The notes under the pieces are model-generated. The model searched no databases. It was not told where the DNA came from and was given only the letters and a program-made list of their open reading frames with translations. A DNA stretch of 64,000 bases, taken from the IMG/VR virus record IMGVR_UViG_3300033494_000001, one strand, 5' to 3'. Made by a program: the position numbers and the translations under genes. The stretch's first letter is position 1. Each line of letters begins with the position of its first letter. Shown in pieces: positions 49,707-59,561 of the stretch. This DNA is from a virus. Lineage: Duplodnaviria > Heunggongvirae > Uroviricota > Caudoviricetes.

Positions 49707-51059
49707 TTAATTATCATCTTCAATATTTGATTCACCTTTATCTAACAATTTAGTTTCTCTTTCGTAAAAAGCATTTGATTTAGCTTTATATGCTTCAAAA
49801 TCATTCTCTTCAATACGAATAACTACTCCTTCTTCAGGTACTTTAGTTTTACAAATATAACAATCTTTTTCATTATATTGTTGTTTTAAATATTCTAAAA
49901 AAGTATTTCTCCAATCATTTAAATAAAATTCAGAATCTTGTTCTGTTGTTATTTGAAAGTGTAAAAAATCTTTAGCAAATCCATAATACAATTGAGGAAC
50001 AGCATTTAATCCATTCTTTTTACAGAAATCTTGAACTTGTTTTGCACTAAATTCAAATACTTTACCATCGGTATTTGTGTAAGTAATACGATAAATATAT
50101 GCTTTATGTAAACCTACATTACAGCCATAATCATAATCTTTTTGAATCATTAATCCTGATGGCATATAACCAACAATTTCATAATAAAAAGTCATTCCTT
50201 TTTGTAGATGCATTTTTAATTGATCATGGGCATATTCCCAAATATTAGCATCATAAAAGTGTTCCGCATTTGGATTTAGCTGTTCATTCTTAATAACTTT
50301 ACGAGAAGCAAATAAATAGTCATATTGTGTTGTTTCTAACCTAAAACGTTGTTTACCAAATGTAGTAATATTAGTATATAGATTATGGAAAAATGCTCCA
50401 ATTTTTTCTCGCATAGGTATATGTCGCTTACATAAAACATAAGAACTAATTCCCGATGTTCCATGTAATTTATAAGTTATACTAATTAAAGAATCAGGAT
50501 TAATTCTATGAATATTCTTATAAAGCATTGATGTATCTTGATGAAATCTAAATTGATTCTCTACAAGTTTACTTTCATACTTTTTACTCTGTTTGTCCTT
50601 TTTAGAGCCCGGAGTACCTGGAGTATTATGTTTTTTAATTACATACTTTCTACAGATTTCGATTCCATCCATTTCGTCAAAGCAATCTCCAAGTCTTAAA
50701 TCAGCAAAGCTCGTGGGAGTAAAATCAAGAGATTGTAGGGGCATGAATAAACCTTCCGATTTATTTCCTCTAAATTTTACACAACGAATACGACCATTTT
50801 CTTCAAAATAACCTTTTTGAGTTTGATCAGCATTTAATTCAGGTTTTCTATACAGATTATTTGCCTTTAAATAAGGCTCTGATAGTTGTGTTTCTAATGG
50901 AAAATACAATCCAATAGCCCCCGCTTGCACTCTTTTATCTACAATTACTTGGTTTCCCATAATAATTGCAGCTTGTACATTATCACAATTAGCAAGTGGA
51001 AGTAGAGTTTTAATCTCTACAACCACTGCTGCATAATTTTCATTTTTTGGTTTGTTCAT
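49707..51059 (-). CDS. RNA ligase (Rnl2/DRB0094-like) with N-terminal OB-like domain
   Basis: Nucleotidyltransferase motifs ITYKLHGTS, FYYEIVG, EEGVVIR, KAKS. N-terminal IKTLLPLANCDNVQAA. Confidence 0.8.
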   Translation of the reverse strand: MNKPKNENYAAVVVEIKTLLPLANCDNVQAAIIMGNQVIVDKRVQAGAIGLYFPLETQLSEPYLKANNLYRKPELNADQTQKGYFEENGRIRCVKFRGNKSEGLFMPLQSLDFTPTSFADLRLGDCFDEMDGIEICRKYVIKKHNTPGTPGSKKDKQSKKYESKLVENQFRFHQDTSMLYKNIHRINPDSLISITYKLHGTSGISSYVLCKRHIPMREKIGAFFHNLYTNITTFGKQRFRLETTQYDYLFASRKVIKNEQLNPNAEHFYDANIWEYAHDQLKMHLQKGMTFYYEIVGYMPSGLMIQKDYDYGCNVGLHKAYIYRITYTNTDGKVFEFSAKQVQDFCKKNGLNAVPQLYYGFAKDFLHFQITTEQDSEFYLNDWRNTFLEYLKQQYNEKDCYICKTKVPEEGVVIRIEENDFEAYKAKSNAFYERETKLLDKGESNIEDDN

Positions 51060-51303
51060 TTTGTTTAAAAAGATTTGTTACATATTTTAGTACCGATGTT
51101 AAATCTTCGGGTTCATTGATACTCCATCCAGTTCTAGTTCGCAAAACTAAATAACCAGGAGAATCCATTAGTGAACCTGGAGCACTTTGCATTTCTACAA
51201 TGAGTTCTTCACAACCATCCGTTTCAGGAAGACCTGTAGAACCATCAGTATTACCTTCCTGAGAAAATTGAAAAGTCACTAAACTTAAATAAGGCATGTC
51301 CAT
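51040..51303 (-). CDS. Hypothetical protein, 87 aa, terminating at TGA
   Basis: Stop at 51040-51042 is TGA and lies within the start of the RNA ligase gene. Confidence 0.6.
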   Translation of the reverse strand: MDMPYLSLVTFQFSQEGNTDGSTGLPETDGCEELIVEMQSAPGSLMDSPGYLVLRTRTGWSINEPEDLTSVLKYVTNLFKQNEQTKK

Positions 51304-51366
51304 AATTTTTTATATTCTTCGATTTCTAATAATTGACATAATTTAAGAAATAGTAAATATTCTTGT

Positions 51367-52545
51367 TTACTTATCCAAATCATATCTTACTGCTTGAAAT
51401 ATTGCTTGTAATGGAGTTCCGTCTTCAGAAAATTCAAAATACTTTACAGTACCCATTTTTCCAATGATATTATCCATATCTTCAATGTATTCAGCTTTCA
51501 TTTCACGAGTTCCAATAGGTTTAGCTTCAAAAACTATTCCTTCTTTAGTTTGTAAGATAAAACAAAAGTCTTCATCTCTTAGCTTTTCTGCATAATCAAT
51601 GATTTCAAATTCATCCTCTTGATACATTTTGACTTTAATCATAGTAGAGCCACGTTTACCAAACTCATATTCTTTATCTGGTTTACGAGCTACTAATCCT
51701 TCAAAGCCATCTAATACCCATTTATCATGGAGTCTTTGAATTTGTTCCCAACTATTTGTAAGAACATGCTCTTGAATTTTAATTTTCTTAGAGTCTTTAA
51801 AATGTTCTTCTAAATCTTTTAGGATTTCTAAGCGTTCTTCAAAAGTTTTATCAGGTATAGCTAAATCATATACCCAATACTCTAATGATTCACATCGAGG
51901 TTCCCAAGTTTCTAATCTTGCTATCCCAGATATTTTTTGAAGAAATTGTCCATGAACATATAATTCTCCATCAAATACAATGTTTGGATTTTCAGATAGA
52001 TATTCAGCTAATTCTGCTATAATAATTTGAGCAGAAACATCATAGTTTTTACCTCCGCGACTTACAGTAATTGGTTCATCAATTTCCTCATTCCATTTAA
52101 CCATACAGCGAACGCCGTTTAATTTTCGGCTACACCACATTGGTTTCTGTAAAACAGAGTTTTGACATTTATCAGATGATTTTGCTAACATAGGTTTTAA
52201 GTTACCTGCTTGGTCACTTTTCATACTAGGTACTAACAAATCTAATGCTGATGGTTTAATATCATCAAATTTCATAGGAGTTAAAGTTGATAATTTCTTA
52301 TAACCTTTATCCATATATTTATTGATAATACTATTAAATTCTAATTCCGCTTGTTGTATTACAGATCGTTTTGCTTTACCTTTTGCTATTGTAAGCTCGG
52401 GTTGATCTGTCATTTTGCCTTGATATTGTCCAGTACTTCTATTGATTAAAAATGAATTTCCATCCTGATTTAAAGAAGCAATAATTACTTGGATTTTATC
52501 TCTAGCATTTCTTGTTACAAGTACTATCTCAGATATTAATACCAT
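51367..52545 (-). CDS. ATP-dependent DNA ligase
   Basis: KPMLA, RKLNGVRC (motif I), FDGELY, YWVYDL, FEGLVARK, IKVK, OB domain. Start taken at MVLISE (52545). Confidence 0.9.
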   Translation of the reverse strand: MVLISEIVLVTRNARDKIQVIIASLNQDGNSFLINRSTGQYQGKMTDQPELTIAKGKAKRSVIQQAELEFNSIINKYMDKGYKKLSTLTPMKFDDIKPSALDLLVPSMKSDQAGNLKPMLAKSSDKCQNSVLQKPMWCSRKLNGVRCMVKWNEEIDEPITVSRGGKNYDVSAQIIIAELAEYLSENPNIVFDGELYVHGQFLQKISGIARLETWEPRCESLEYWVYDLAIPDKTFEERLEILKDLEEHFKDSKKIKIQEHVLTNSWEQIQRLHDKWVLDGFEGLVARKPDKEYEFGKRGSTMIKVKMYQEDEFEIIDYAEKLRDEDFCFILQTKEGIVFEAKPIGTREMKAEYIEDMDNIIGKMGTVKYFEFSEDGTPLQAIFQAVRYDLDK

Positions 52546-52927
52546 TTTTCTTCTCCTCTTTACACGTTCCACATAAATTTCTAACCCAACCTTTTACCAT
52601 GATATGACTTGTTCCTTGTCGTCCACAAAATTCACAGGTATTATTACATAGTAATTCCGCAGAATCAATAATTTTTTGCACTTCTGGAATATACTGTCCA
52701 TATACACGTAATGAACCAAATTTTTGTTTAATCTGTGAAAAATAAGCCTTTTGTTCAAGGATATATTCATGTCTGTCCGCAAAAAAATTCAAAACAAATC
52801 TTGGATAATGTCGGGGTTTTACAAGTTTTTCAATAGATACTAGCATTTCTAAGATTAGAGGCTCCCAAGTTACGGGAACCTCTGGACTTACAATTCCTAA
52901 ATATCTATATTTTTTAAATATGCTCAT
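52529..52927 (-). CDS. Conserved phage hypothetical protein with C-terminal Zn finger, terminating at TGA
   Basis: IKQKFGSLRVY...CEFCG...GWVRNLCGTC. Stop 52529-52531 is TGA, overlapping the ligase start. Confidence 0.65.
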   Translation of the reverse strand: MSIFKKYRYLGIVSPEVPVTWEPLILEMLVSIEKLVKPRHYPRFVLNFFADRHEYILEQKAYFSQIKQKFGSLRVYGQYIPEVQKIIDSAELLCNNTCEFCGRQGTSHIMVKGWVRNLCGTCKEEKKNGINI

Positions 52928-53309
52928 TGGTAAATACTGCATAAATACGATCAGACCCAATCATTGTTTTACCATACTCTTCCTCATAGTCCAATTCGTT
53001 AGCAATTGATTGAATTGCTTTTTCTTCATCAATAGATCGAGCTAGAATTGCTAATTTCTCTCGATCCTGTGAATACATTCTTTCAATCAATTCCAATAAT
53101 TTGGATTCATAATCAGCATACAAACCTTCGGCTGCATCATATAATAATTCATCTTGTTCTTCTTGTGTAAGCACTTGATACTCACCTTCATCTGTGATAA
53201 AATCTGTTACATTTTGATCTATGTAATAATCCAAGATTAATTTATCCAAGATTTCTTGTTCAACAGAGTCTCCTAAAATCTTCACTAAACTTTCTAATTT
53301 TGTTCCCAT
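52914..53309 (-). CDS. Acidic hypothetical protein, 131 aa
   Basis: Intact ORF. Confidence 0.6.
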   Translation of the reverse strand: MGTKLESLVKILGDSVEQEILDKLILDYYIDQNVTDFITDEGEYQVLTQEEQDELLYDAAEGLYADYESKLLELIERMYSQDREKLAILARSIDEEKAIQSIANELDYEEEYGKTMIGSDRIYAVFTNEHI

Positions 53310-53321
53310 TGTTTCGTTATT

Positions 53322-53831
53322 TTAACTAACATTACTTGCTTCACGTTTCATTTCATCTGTATGTCCAAAACCACCTTTGCCTCGTTCTGTTTCTGATAAA
53401 ACTGATACAGGATTCCATTCAATTGTTTCAAATTTATTTAAAACTACTTGTGCAATTCGATCACCATGTTTTACTTCAAATACATCATCACAAAGATTAA
53501 TTAATACTACTCCCCATGCATTACGATATCCGGCATCTATTGTGCCAGGGGTATTTAAAACGGTTATTCCTTCTTTAAGAGCTAATCCACTTCTTGGTCT
53601 TATTTGTGCTTCATATCCATCAGGTATGGCAGTATATAGATTAGTTGGAACTAGTGCTCTTCCTCCTGAAAAAATCAATAGAACTTGCCTTACTTCATCG
53701 AAAGCAGCTCCATAAAGGTATTTATCTGATATTGGTTCTGAAAAATCAGCCATTAAGTCCATTCCTGCATCCCCAGGTTTTGCATACACTGGTAATGGAT
53801 TTGCAGATTTATTTATAACTTCTACGATCAT
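53322..53831 (-). CDS. dut: Trimeric dUTPase
   Basis: [40 protein letters not shown]. Confidence 0.95.
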   Translation of the reverse strand: MIVEVINKSANPLPVYAKPGDAGMDLMADFSEPISDKYLYGAAFDEVRQVLLIFSGGRALVPTNLYTAIPDGYEAQIRPRSGLALKEGITVLNTPGTIDAGYRNAWGVVLINLCDDVFEVKHGDRIAQVVLNKFETIEWNPVSVLSETERGKGGFGHTDEMKREASNVS

Positions 53832-54055
53832 TAATTGATTACTTTAGAAGGGTTATTAATTTCATTATCTATTTGTTTGTTAGTATTTGCCAAATGTGCC
53901 CAATTTGTTAAATCGGCATCATATACTATGGTAAGCCTTGCATTAAGTGGAATACCATCAGGATTTGGCCTATCTCTAACCATTTGTGTGCGTTGTGGAG
54001 ATACCATGTATTCTCCAAAAGATACTAAATCTTCTTCTGTGAAATAAATTATCAT
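53831..54055 (-). CDS. Hypothetical protein, 74 aa
   Basis: TAATG-coupled ORF. Confidence 0.6.
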   Translation of the reverse strand: MIIYFTEEDLVSFGEYMVSPQRTQMVRDRPNPDGIPLNARLTIVYDADLTNWAHLANTNKQIDNEINNPSKVIN

Positions 54056-54156
54056 TATTCGTTGTATATTAGGACTGTAACATTACAGTCTTTAAGTTCT
54101 TTTTGAATTATCTGCTGTATAATAGTCCAATCTCCTTCTACTTCGTTATACGACAT
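54055..54156 (-). CDS. 33-aa ORF resembling the C-terminal end of phage macro-domain proteins
   Basis: MSYNEVEGDWTIIQQIIQKELKDCNVTVLIYNE, fills the gap exactly with overlaps at both ends. Below the track cutoff. Confidence 0.45.
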   Translation of the reverse strand: MSYNEVEGDWTIIQQIIQKELKDCNVTVLIYNE

Positions 54157-54379
54157 TTTCTACTAATTTAGGATAATAAAATTTACTATTAATTTTAATA
54201 GACTTATAATAAGTTGTTTCAAAATTAGCATAATGCATGTAGTCAAAATTATCATCTGGTTCTAATTCTGAAAAATACTTATGTGGTTCAGGCATAGTTT
54301 CTTTATAAGTATACTGAACATAAGTATCATAAGGAATTTCAATTAAATCATATACTTTATCCTCAATAACTAATTGCAT
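54146..54379 (-). CDS. Hypothetical protein, 77 aa
   Basis: Intact ORF. Confidence 0.55.
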   Translation of the reverse strand: MQLVIEDKVYDLIEIPYDTYVQYTYKETMPEPHKYFSELEPDDNFDYMHYANFETTYYKSIKINSKFYYPKLVENVV

Positions 54380-54380
54380 A

Positions 54381-54878
54381 TTAAAATATTTCTAAATGTT
54401 TACCTTTTATAATACCTAATTTATCCCAAATAAACCAAGCATATTCTGTACTATCAGTTCCTCCTCCCAAACCTAATTCTTTTTTAAATTGGGGTCTTTT
54501 TGATAGGATAAATAATTTATCAGGGATATTATCATTCCAAAAATCTTTTCTTTTCTGACTACCTAACCAGTTTAATCTTTGCAGGTAACAAATAGTTTTA
54601 GCTTCTGTTAAACTTTTCTGAATAAATTCTAAAGATATAGAAAATGGAGGATTAGTAATAATTAAATCTATTGCAGGAAATGAAGTAGTTAAATAATCTA
54701 TTCCATCTCTTATTTCAGCCCAATATTTTGTTTTACAGGGAATTAAATCAATAATCCTACTATCTCCTCTACAAGGTTCTAAAAATGAGTTAACATTAGT
54801 AAAATCTACTCGGTCTAGTAACGGTTTTAAACTATATAATGGAGTAGGATAAAAATCACTTTCTAATCGTTCTGCCAT
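54381..54878 (-). CDS. Small amino-type (N6-adenine/N4-cytosine) DNA methyltransferase
   Basis: DFYPTP, FLEPCRG (motif I), IITNPPF (motif IV), WFIWD. Confidence 0.85.
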   Translation of the reverse strand: MAERLESDFYPTPLYSLKPLLDRVDFTNVNSFLEPCRGDSRIIDLIPCKTKYWAEIRDGIDYLTTSFPAIDLIITNPPFSISLEFIQKSLTEAKTICYLQRLNWLGSQKRKDFWNDNIPDKLFILSKRPQFKKELGLGGGTDSTEYAWFIWDKLGIIKGKHLEIF

Positions 54879-55105
54879 TATCCAATTCTAAATTCATTAT
54901 CTTGTAAAGATTCTGATATCAAAACTTCCATGTTTTCATATCGTGCTAAAGTAGTGCTGTTAAAAATATTAGGAGCAGTTTCATTTATTATAGCATATGA
55001 AGTTGCTGCATTCATTACAATAAACGATTTGTTTCCAAACATAAAAGCATCTCTTAATTCATTGTCTAAAATATCGAGAACATTATCCACAATGTGAGCT
55101 CCCAC
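54878..55105 (-). CDS. Hypothetical protein, about 70-75 aa, start uncertain
   Basis: GTG start candidates overlapping the RNR 3' end. Confidence 0.5.
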   Translation of the reverse strand: MGAHIVDNVLDILDNELRDAFMFGNKSFIVMNAATSYAIINETAPNIFNSTTLARYENMEVLISESLQDNEFRIG

Positions 55106-57659
55106 AATCTCTACAAATCATACACCCGCCTTCATAAATAATATTATGACTGCCACAATTTTCACACACTGCACCTAAAGCAGCCGTTCCGTTAGGAATA
55201 AAAGCTTTCATAGAACGAATAAGTCCTGCTTGAAAACTATTCATGCCTTTATTAGTAAATGTTAAACCATCTACTACTTTGATTACTTGTTCAATTGGAG
55301 TTTCTTGTCTTAACAATGCCGATACAAATCTTGCATAATTCCAATACTCTTTATTAAATACTCGATTTAAACCTCCGACTGTATTAACATAACCATATTT
55401 ATCCACATAAGAGAAATCATATCGCGAACCTTCTGGTAGAACTACCTTTACAATCATTCCTTCTTCAATATAAGATGGAATTGGCAATTCATCTAAGTCA
55501 TTAATACCAGTAAAAATTTCATATGCTTTGTTATTATAAATACCAACAAATGAAATCCAATTCTTTTTATCCTCATTTTTAAATCTTAGAACTTTACAGT
55601 CTAATTTTTCAGGACGGATATTATCAAATTTTGGAGTTTCTTCATGTTTAACAAGAATTCCAGTACGACTACCATCACGATAAACAGTAATTCCTTTACA
55701 ACCTTGTTTAGACGCCTCCATATAAATAGTAGCAATATCTTCTTCAGTTGCTTCTTTAGGAAGATTTATAGTAGAACTAATTGAATGAGTAGTATATTTT
55801 TGTAATGTAGCTTGTATTTTAACTCTATCAAAAGGTAAAATATCTGGAGCAGTATTATTATGCCAAGGAGAATTTAAAATTAATTCATCTAATTTTTCTG
55901 TAGATAAATCTTCAATCATTTCATTAGTAAGATTACAGAATATATTTAACCACTTCTTAAATGTTCCATGAACTACATTATAATTCTTAAATCCAACTCC
56001 ATTTTGATCTATGAAATCGGGAGTTTCTCCTGTATTACATTTTTTTCTACGAACATAATAAATACTAAATGTAGTTTCGCCACCGGATGATACTCCTGCT
56101 TGAATACTAATTGTACCTGTTGGCGCAATAGTACTCCAAGAAATATTACGACGTCCCCATTTAAGCATTCGTTTACATTGTAAAGGAAAATTTTGTCTTA
56201 GTTGATGATAAAATTCATTTTGTGCAATTGCAATACCTGGATCAGTTTCATTAGCGTTAATCCATTCATTATCTACATTATAAGCAGGGAATGGTCCATT
56301 AATAATTGCTAAATCAATTGTTGCATCAAGTTCAGCACGCATTTTTAAATGCATAACTTTTTCTACTAATTCAGGATTTACAAAATTAGAACCTAATGCT
56401 GCTAACATGTCTGCAAGTGCAGTTATACCAACACCAGTTCGACGACCTATTTGTCCAATGTTTAAAATATTAAACCATAAGTCTCGCTCTTTTCCTTTAG
56501 TAATAGACATAATATTTTTAACCGCTTCAATTTCCAAATCAACAAGAATATCACCAATAATTTGAGCTTCATAAAAGATTTTATATGCTTTATCTTCATT
56601 AATTTGAGCATTGTCTGTAAATGGATTATCAACAATTCCATATAAATTAGTAGCAATTAATCTACAACTATCATAAGCTGATAATGGTATCTCACCACAA
56701 GGATTTGTTGAGATTGCTCTAAATTCCGGATATACACTTGCAGGATCATTATTAATAATGTTATCCCAAAATAATATACCTGGTTCAGCAGTATTCCAAG
56801 CACAATGAATTATAGTTTCCCATAATTCTTTTGCTTTAATCTTTTTAACATATACTTTATAAGTATCTAAATCATTATTAAGTTCTATTAACTCATTATA
56901 ATTTAAAGATGTTATAGTACTATCAAGAAACCATTTAGATGAGTGATCACAAGGCCATCTTAATATATAATCAGTGTCTTCTTTAACAGCTTGCATAAAT
57001 TCGTTATTTAATCGAACTGATACATTGGCTCCTGTTACTTTTGTAAGATTTTGTTTAATTTCAATAAAACTAGGACTGTCTGGATGTCTAATATCTAAAC
57101 TTAACATTAAAGCACCACGTCTACCATCTTGACCAATGGTATTAGTTGTTTGACTAAATAATTCCATAAAAGGAACTACTCCGCCAGTTGTTTTTGCAGC
57201 ATTATTTACATCAGCTCCTGCAGGACGGATAGATGATAAATCATCTCCTACTCCACCACGACGTTTGTAAATTTCTGCCATTTCTCTTGCAGTATCAAAA
57301 ATTTCACCTATCGAATCACCTGTTGGTATTACAAAACAATTCGATAAAGAAACCGGTTTTCCACTGCCTATTCCAGCAAGAACTGAACCTCCAGGAATTA
57401 TATATTTAAAATCTTGAAATAAATCAAGAAATCTTCGATACCTATCAGTTCCAATTCGTAATTTTCCATAATCTGAAAGATCATTGTATTGTTCTTCAGA
57501 AATGGAATCAATTGCATTTTTAAAATTATCTAATCTTGCAAACTCACGAGCAATTCTTTCAAAAAACTCATCAAGAGTTTCAGAACCAAGTTGGTACTTA
57601 GATTTCCAAGCATCATAAGCTAATTCATCTCCTGCAAAATATTGTTCTTCTTTACTCAT
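55083..57659 (-). CDS. nrdJ: Class II (adenosylcobalamin-dependent) ribonucleotide reductase
   Basis: PGGSVL, SNCFV, GGVG, ANVSV, TNPCGEI, GRRTGVG, TIAPTGTIS, SISSTINL, KGITVYRDGSR, C-terminal CENCGS...CMICRDCGSSHCG. No beta-subunit gene adjacent. Confidence 0.9.
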   Translation of the reverse strand: MSKEEQYFAGDELAYDAWKSKYQLGSETLDEFFERIAREFARLDNFKNAIDSISEEQYNDLSDYGKLRIGTDRYRRFLDLFQDFKYIIPGGSVLAGIGSGKPVSLSNCFVIPTGDSIGEIFDTAREMAEIYKRRGGVGDDLSSIRPAGADVNNAAKTTGGVVPFMELFSQTTNTIGQDGRRGALMLSLDIRHPDSPSFIEIKQNLTKVTGANVSVRLNNEFMQAVKEDTDYILRWPCDHSSKWFLDSTITSLNYNELIELNNDLDTYKVYVKKIKAKELWETIIHCAWNTAEPGILFWDNIINNDPASVYPEFRAISTNPCGEIPLSAYDSCRLIATNLYGIVDNPFTDNAQINEDKAYKIFYEAQIIGDILVDLEIEAVKNIMSITKGKERDLWFNILNIGQIGRRTGVGITALADMLAALGSNFVNPELVEKVMHLKMRAELDATIDLAIINGPFPAYNVDNEWINANETDPGIAIAQNEFYHQLRQNFPLQCKRMLKWGRRNISWSTIAPTGTISIQAGVSSGGETTFSIYYVRRKKCNTGETPDFIDQNGVGFKNYNVVHGTFKKWLNIFCNLTNEMIEDLSTEKLDELILNSPWHNNTAPDILPFDRVKIQATLQKYTTHSISSTINLPKEATEEDIATIYMEASKQGCKGITVYRDGSRTGILVKHEETPKFDNIRPEKLDCKVLRFKNEDKKNWISFVGIYNNKAYEIFTGINDLDELPIPSYIEEGMIVKVVLPEGSRYDFSYVDKYGYVNTVGGLNRVFNKEYWNYARFVSALLRQETPIEQVIKVVDGLTFTNKGMNSFQAGLIRSMKAFIPNGTAALGAVCENCGSHNIIYEGGCMICRDCGSSHCG

Positions 57660-57909
57660 TTAATTTTCTTTTATTTAGTTCTTCCTTAATTTTATCATTC
57701 AAATAAGAAATACCATTATACTCTTTATGATGATACAATTCATCATTAACCATATTCCAATTAATGTTATTTCCATTATCAGAAGTATCAAAGCCATGAT
57801 TATTTAATTCATGAAAAAGATACTTTCTATTTTTTCTAAAAATATTTAAAAGACGATTAGTTGTTAATTTTTGAATTTGATCATCTGTAATTTCAATAAA
57901 ATTACTCAT
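57652..57909 (-). CDS. Hypothetical protein, 85 aa
   Basis: Intact ORF overlapping nrdJ start. Confidence 0.6.
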   Translation of the reverse strand: MSNFIEITDDQIQKLTTNRLLNIFRKNRKYLFHELNNHGFDTSDNGNNINWNMVNDELYHHKEYNGISYLNDKIKEELNKRKLNE

Positions 57910-58168
57910 TTAATATCTTATTAATTTCTGCTAACCAATCTGGGTTTGATTCACTCCAGATAGCTGCATATTCGTCCAAATTTTCATCCTCAAAGACAAG
58001 AAGTGGTACATTTGTTGTACCATGTCTTGTCAATATAGGAATTGCTTTTTTCTTTTCTTTATAATGTTCTGCATCATATGATTCTATATATAATTTAGTT
58101 GTTATACTATTAACTATATCTAGAATATATTTTGTATTTTCATCATAAATAACTTTAAGAATCTTCAT
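57902..58168 (-). CDS. Possible glutaredoxin/thioredoxin-fold protein lacking Cys, 88 aa
   Basis: HGTTNVPLLVF resembles the Grx G-x-x-x-V-P-x-I-F motif. No CxxC. Confidence 0.4.
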   Translation of the reverse strand: MKILKVIYDENTKYILDIVNSITTKLYIESYDAEHYKEKKKAIPILTRHGTTNVPLLVFEDENLDEYAAIWSESNPDWLAEINKILNE

Positions 58169-58580
58169 TAAATCGCTTATTAAATTTATATGAGTCGAGT
58201 TTAATACCAAGTATCATTCGATGCATATCTTTCCAATGTTGATAACCCATTAAATGTCGCTGCCAAACTTTATTAAGTCGTTTCCATCCGACTTTTTCAA
58301 TATTACTCCATTCTCGTTCAGACAACATTGGAAACAACATATAAGTACGCGAATCACAATAATAATGTCCATTATCTTCTTTAACATCTGAAACTAGATA
58401 CCAACAGTCTTCATGCTTCCAATATTCTTTACGATGTCCTTTTGATGAACCTCGTATCATATATTCTCCATCAGGTAAATTTTGATAAGGCAAAGGATTA
58501 TCTACAAGAGTAAAATCTTCTAATAACTCTTCATGTCCCCAATAAAATTCTTTACTAATAAATTTAAATCTCGTCTTCAT
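58155..58580 (-). CDS. Hypothetical Trp/Tyr-rich protein, 141 aa
   Basis: Intact ORF with 7 Trp, all TGG. Confidence 0.6.
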   Translation of the reverse strand: MKTRFKFISKEFYWGHEELLEDFTLVDNPLPYQNLPDGEYMIRGSSKGHRKEYWKHEDCWYLVSDVKEDNGHYYCDSRTYMLFPMLSEREWSNIEKVGWKRLNKVWQRHLMGYQHWKDMHRMILGIKLDSYKFNKRFNEDS

Positions 58581-58806
58581 AGATTTCAATTACATCTATC
58601 ATCATATCACAATTAAATGCATATATTTTAGCATCTGCCAATGTATTTCCAAAATAAGACTGATATATTTCATCAGTTTCATCCGTTTCTCGACATAATT
58701 TAGAATGTTTAAATAAGGCATCTTTCCAATTTTCTGCATTAATAATTTCAATAACTAAATCGTTATTAAAAAAATCCATATAACCTACTGCAAATTTTTT
58801 ACTCAT
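58564..58806 (-). CDS. Hypothetical protein, 80 aa
   Basis: Intact ORF. Confidence 0.6.
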   Translation of the reverse strand: MSKKFAVGYMDFFNNDLVIEIINAENWKDALFKHSKLCRETDETDEIYQSYFGNTLADAKIYAFNCDMMIDVIEIYEDEI

Positions 58807-59278
58807 GTTTATATAATAAATTTTGTATTATTTTAGCTTCAAAAGGTTGATTATAACGAAGATAACTATTATAAGGATGAGGATCTAATCGAAGATAAAT
58901 TTCATTACTATCCCATTCACCGCTATCAGATTCAGTAACTTGATACATAAAATATTCAAGTGGATCAAAATCTGGTTCAAATTCAAAATCACAATCCTCA
59001 GGAATTACTAATTTAATATCACCTTTATAATTTTCAACAAACTGAATTGTTCCAAACGGATCATCCATTTTAGGAGCTAATTCTTTTAACTCTGCTACTG
59101 TTAAAATAAATACAAAACCTGATGTATCTATTACATTATTGTTAAGTCCATCACTAATGTTTAATGGAGCCTCATCATCTGTAATCGCAAATGTTTGAGT
59201 TTCATCTCGAAAATCACACCCGCAGATATAAATATCAGTAGGTTGATCAAACCTTCTTATTAAAATTTCTTTATTCAT
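58799..59278 (-). CDS. Hypothetical protein, 159 aa
   Basis: Intact ORF. Confidence 0.6.
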   Translation of the reverse strand: MNKEILIRRFDQPTDIYICGCDFRDETQTFAITDDEAPLNISDGLNNNVIDTSGFVFILTVAELKELAPKMDDPFGTIQFVENYKGDIKLVIPEDCDFEFEPDFDPLEYFMYQVTESDSGEWDSNEIYLRLDPHPYNSYLRYNQPFEAKIIQNLLYKHE

Positions 59279-59561
59279 AAATTGTTATGGTTACTTCTTT
59301 AGGGAATACTTCTTCTGCTATTACTTCATCGGATTGCCAATGGTATGAATAATCATACTCAAATTTAAAATATTTTTTATCAGAAACTCGCTGTACAACT
59401 ATTTCCATAGTTTTATAACATTTTTCTAAATCTACATCTATAATTCGACTATCTACAAATTCATAGATAATTATATCAGAATCATTATCACAAATACTTT
59501 CTCCCCAACAGGTACTATGAAGATCTTCAATATTAGATAAATCAATTGTTTCTCTTTCCAT
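59271..59561 (-). CDS. Hypothetical protein, 96 aa
   Basis: Intact ORF. Confidence 0.6.
   Translation of the reverse strand: MERETIDLSNIEDLHSTCWGESICDNDSDIIIYEFVDSRIIDVDLEKCYKTMEIVVQRVSDKKYFKFEYDYSYHWQSDEVIAEEVFPKEVTITIYE

Noticed and set aside
28708-57659. Group I introns or inteins in RNAP, ligase or RNR
   Set aside because: Frames are continuous, with no LAGLIDADG/HNH ORFs or intein splice-junction motifs seen.
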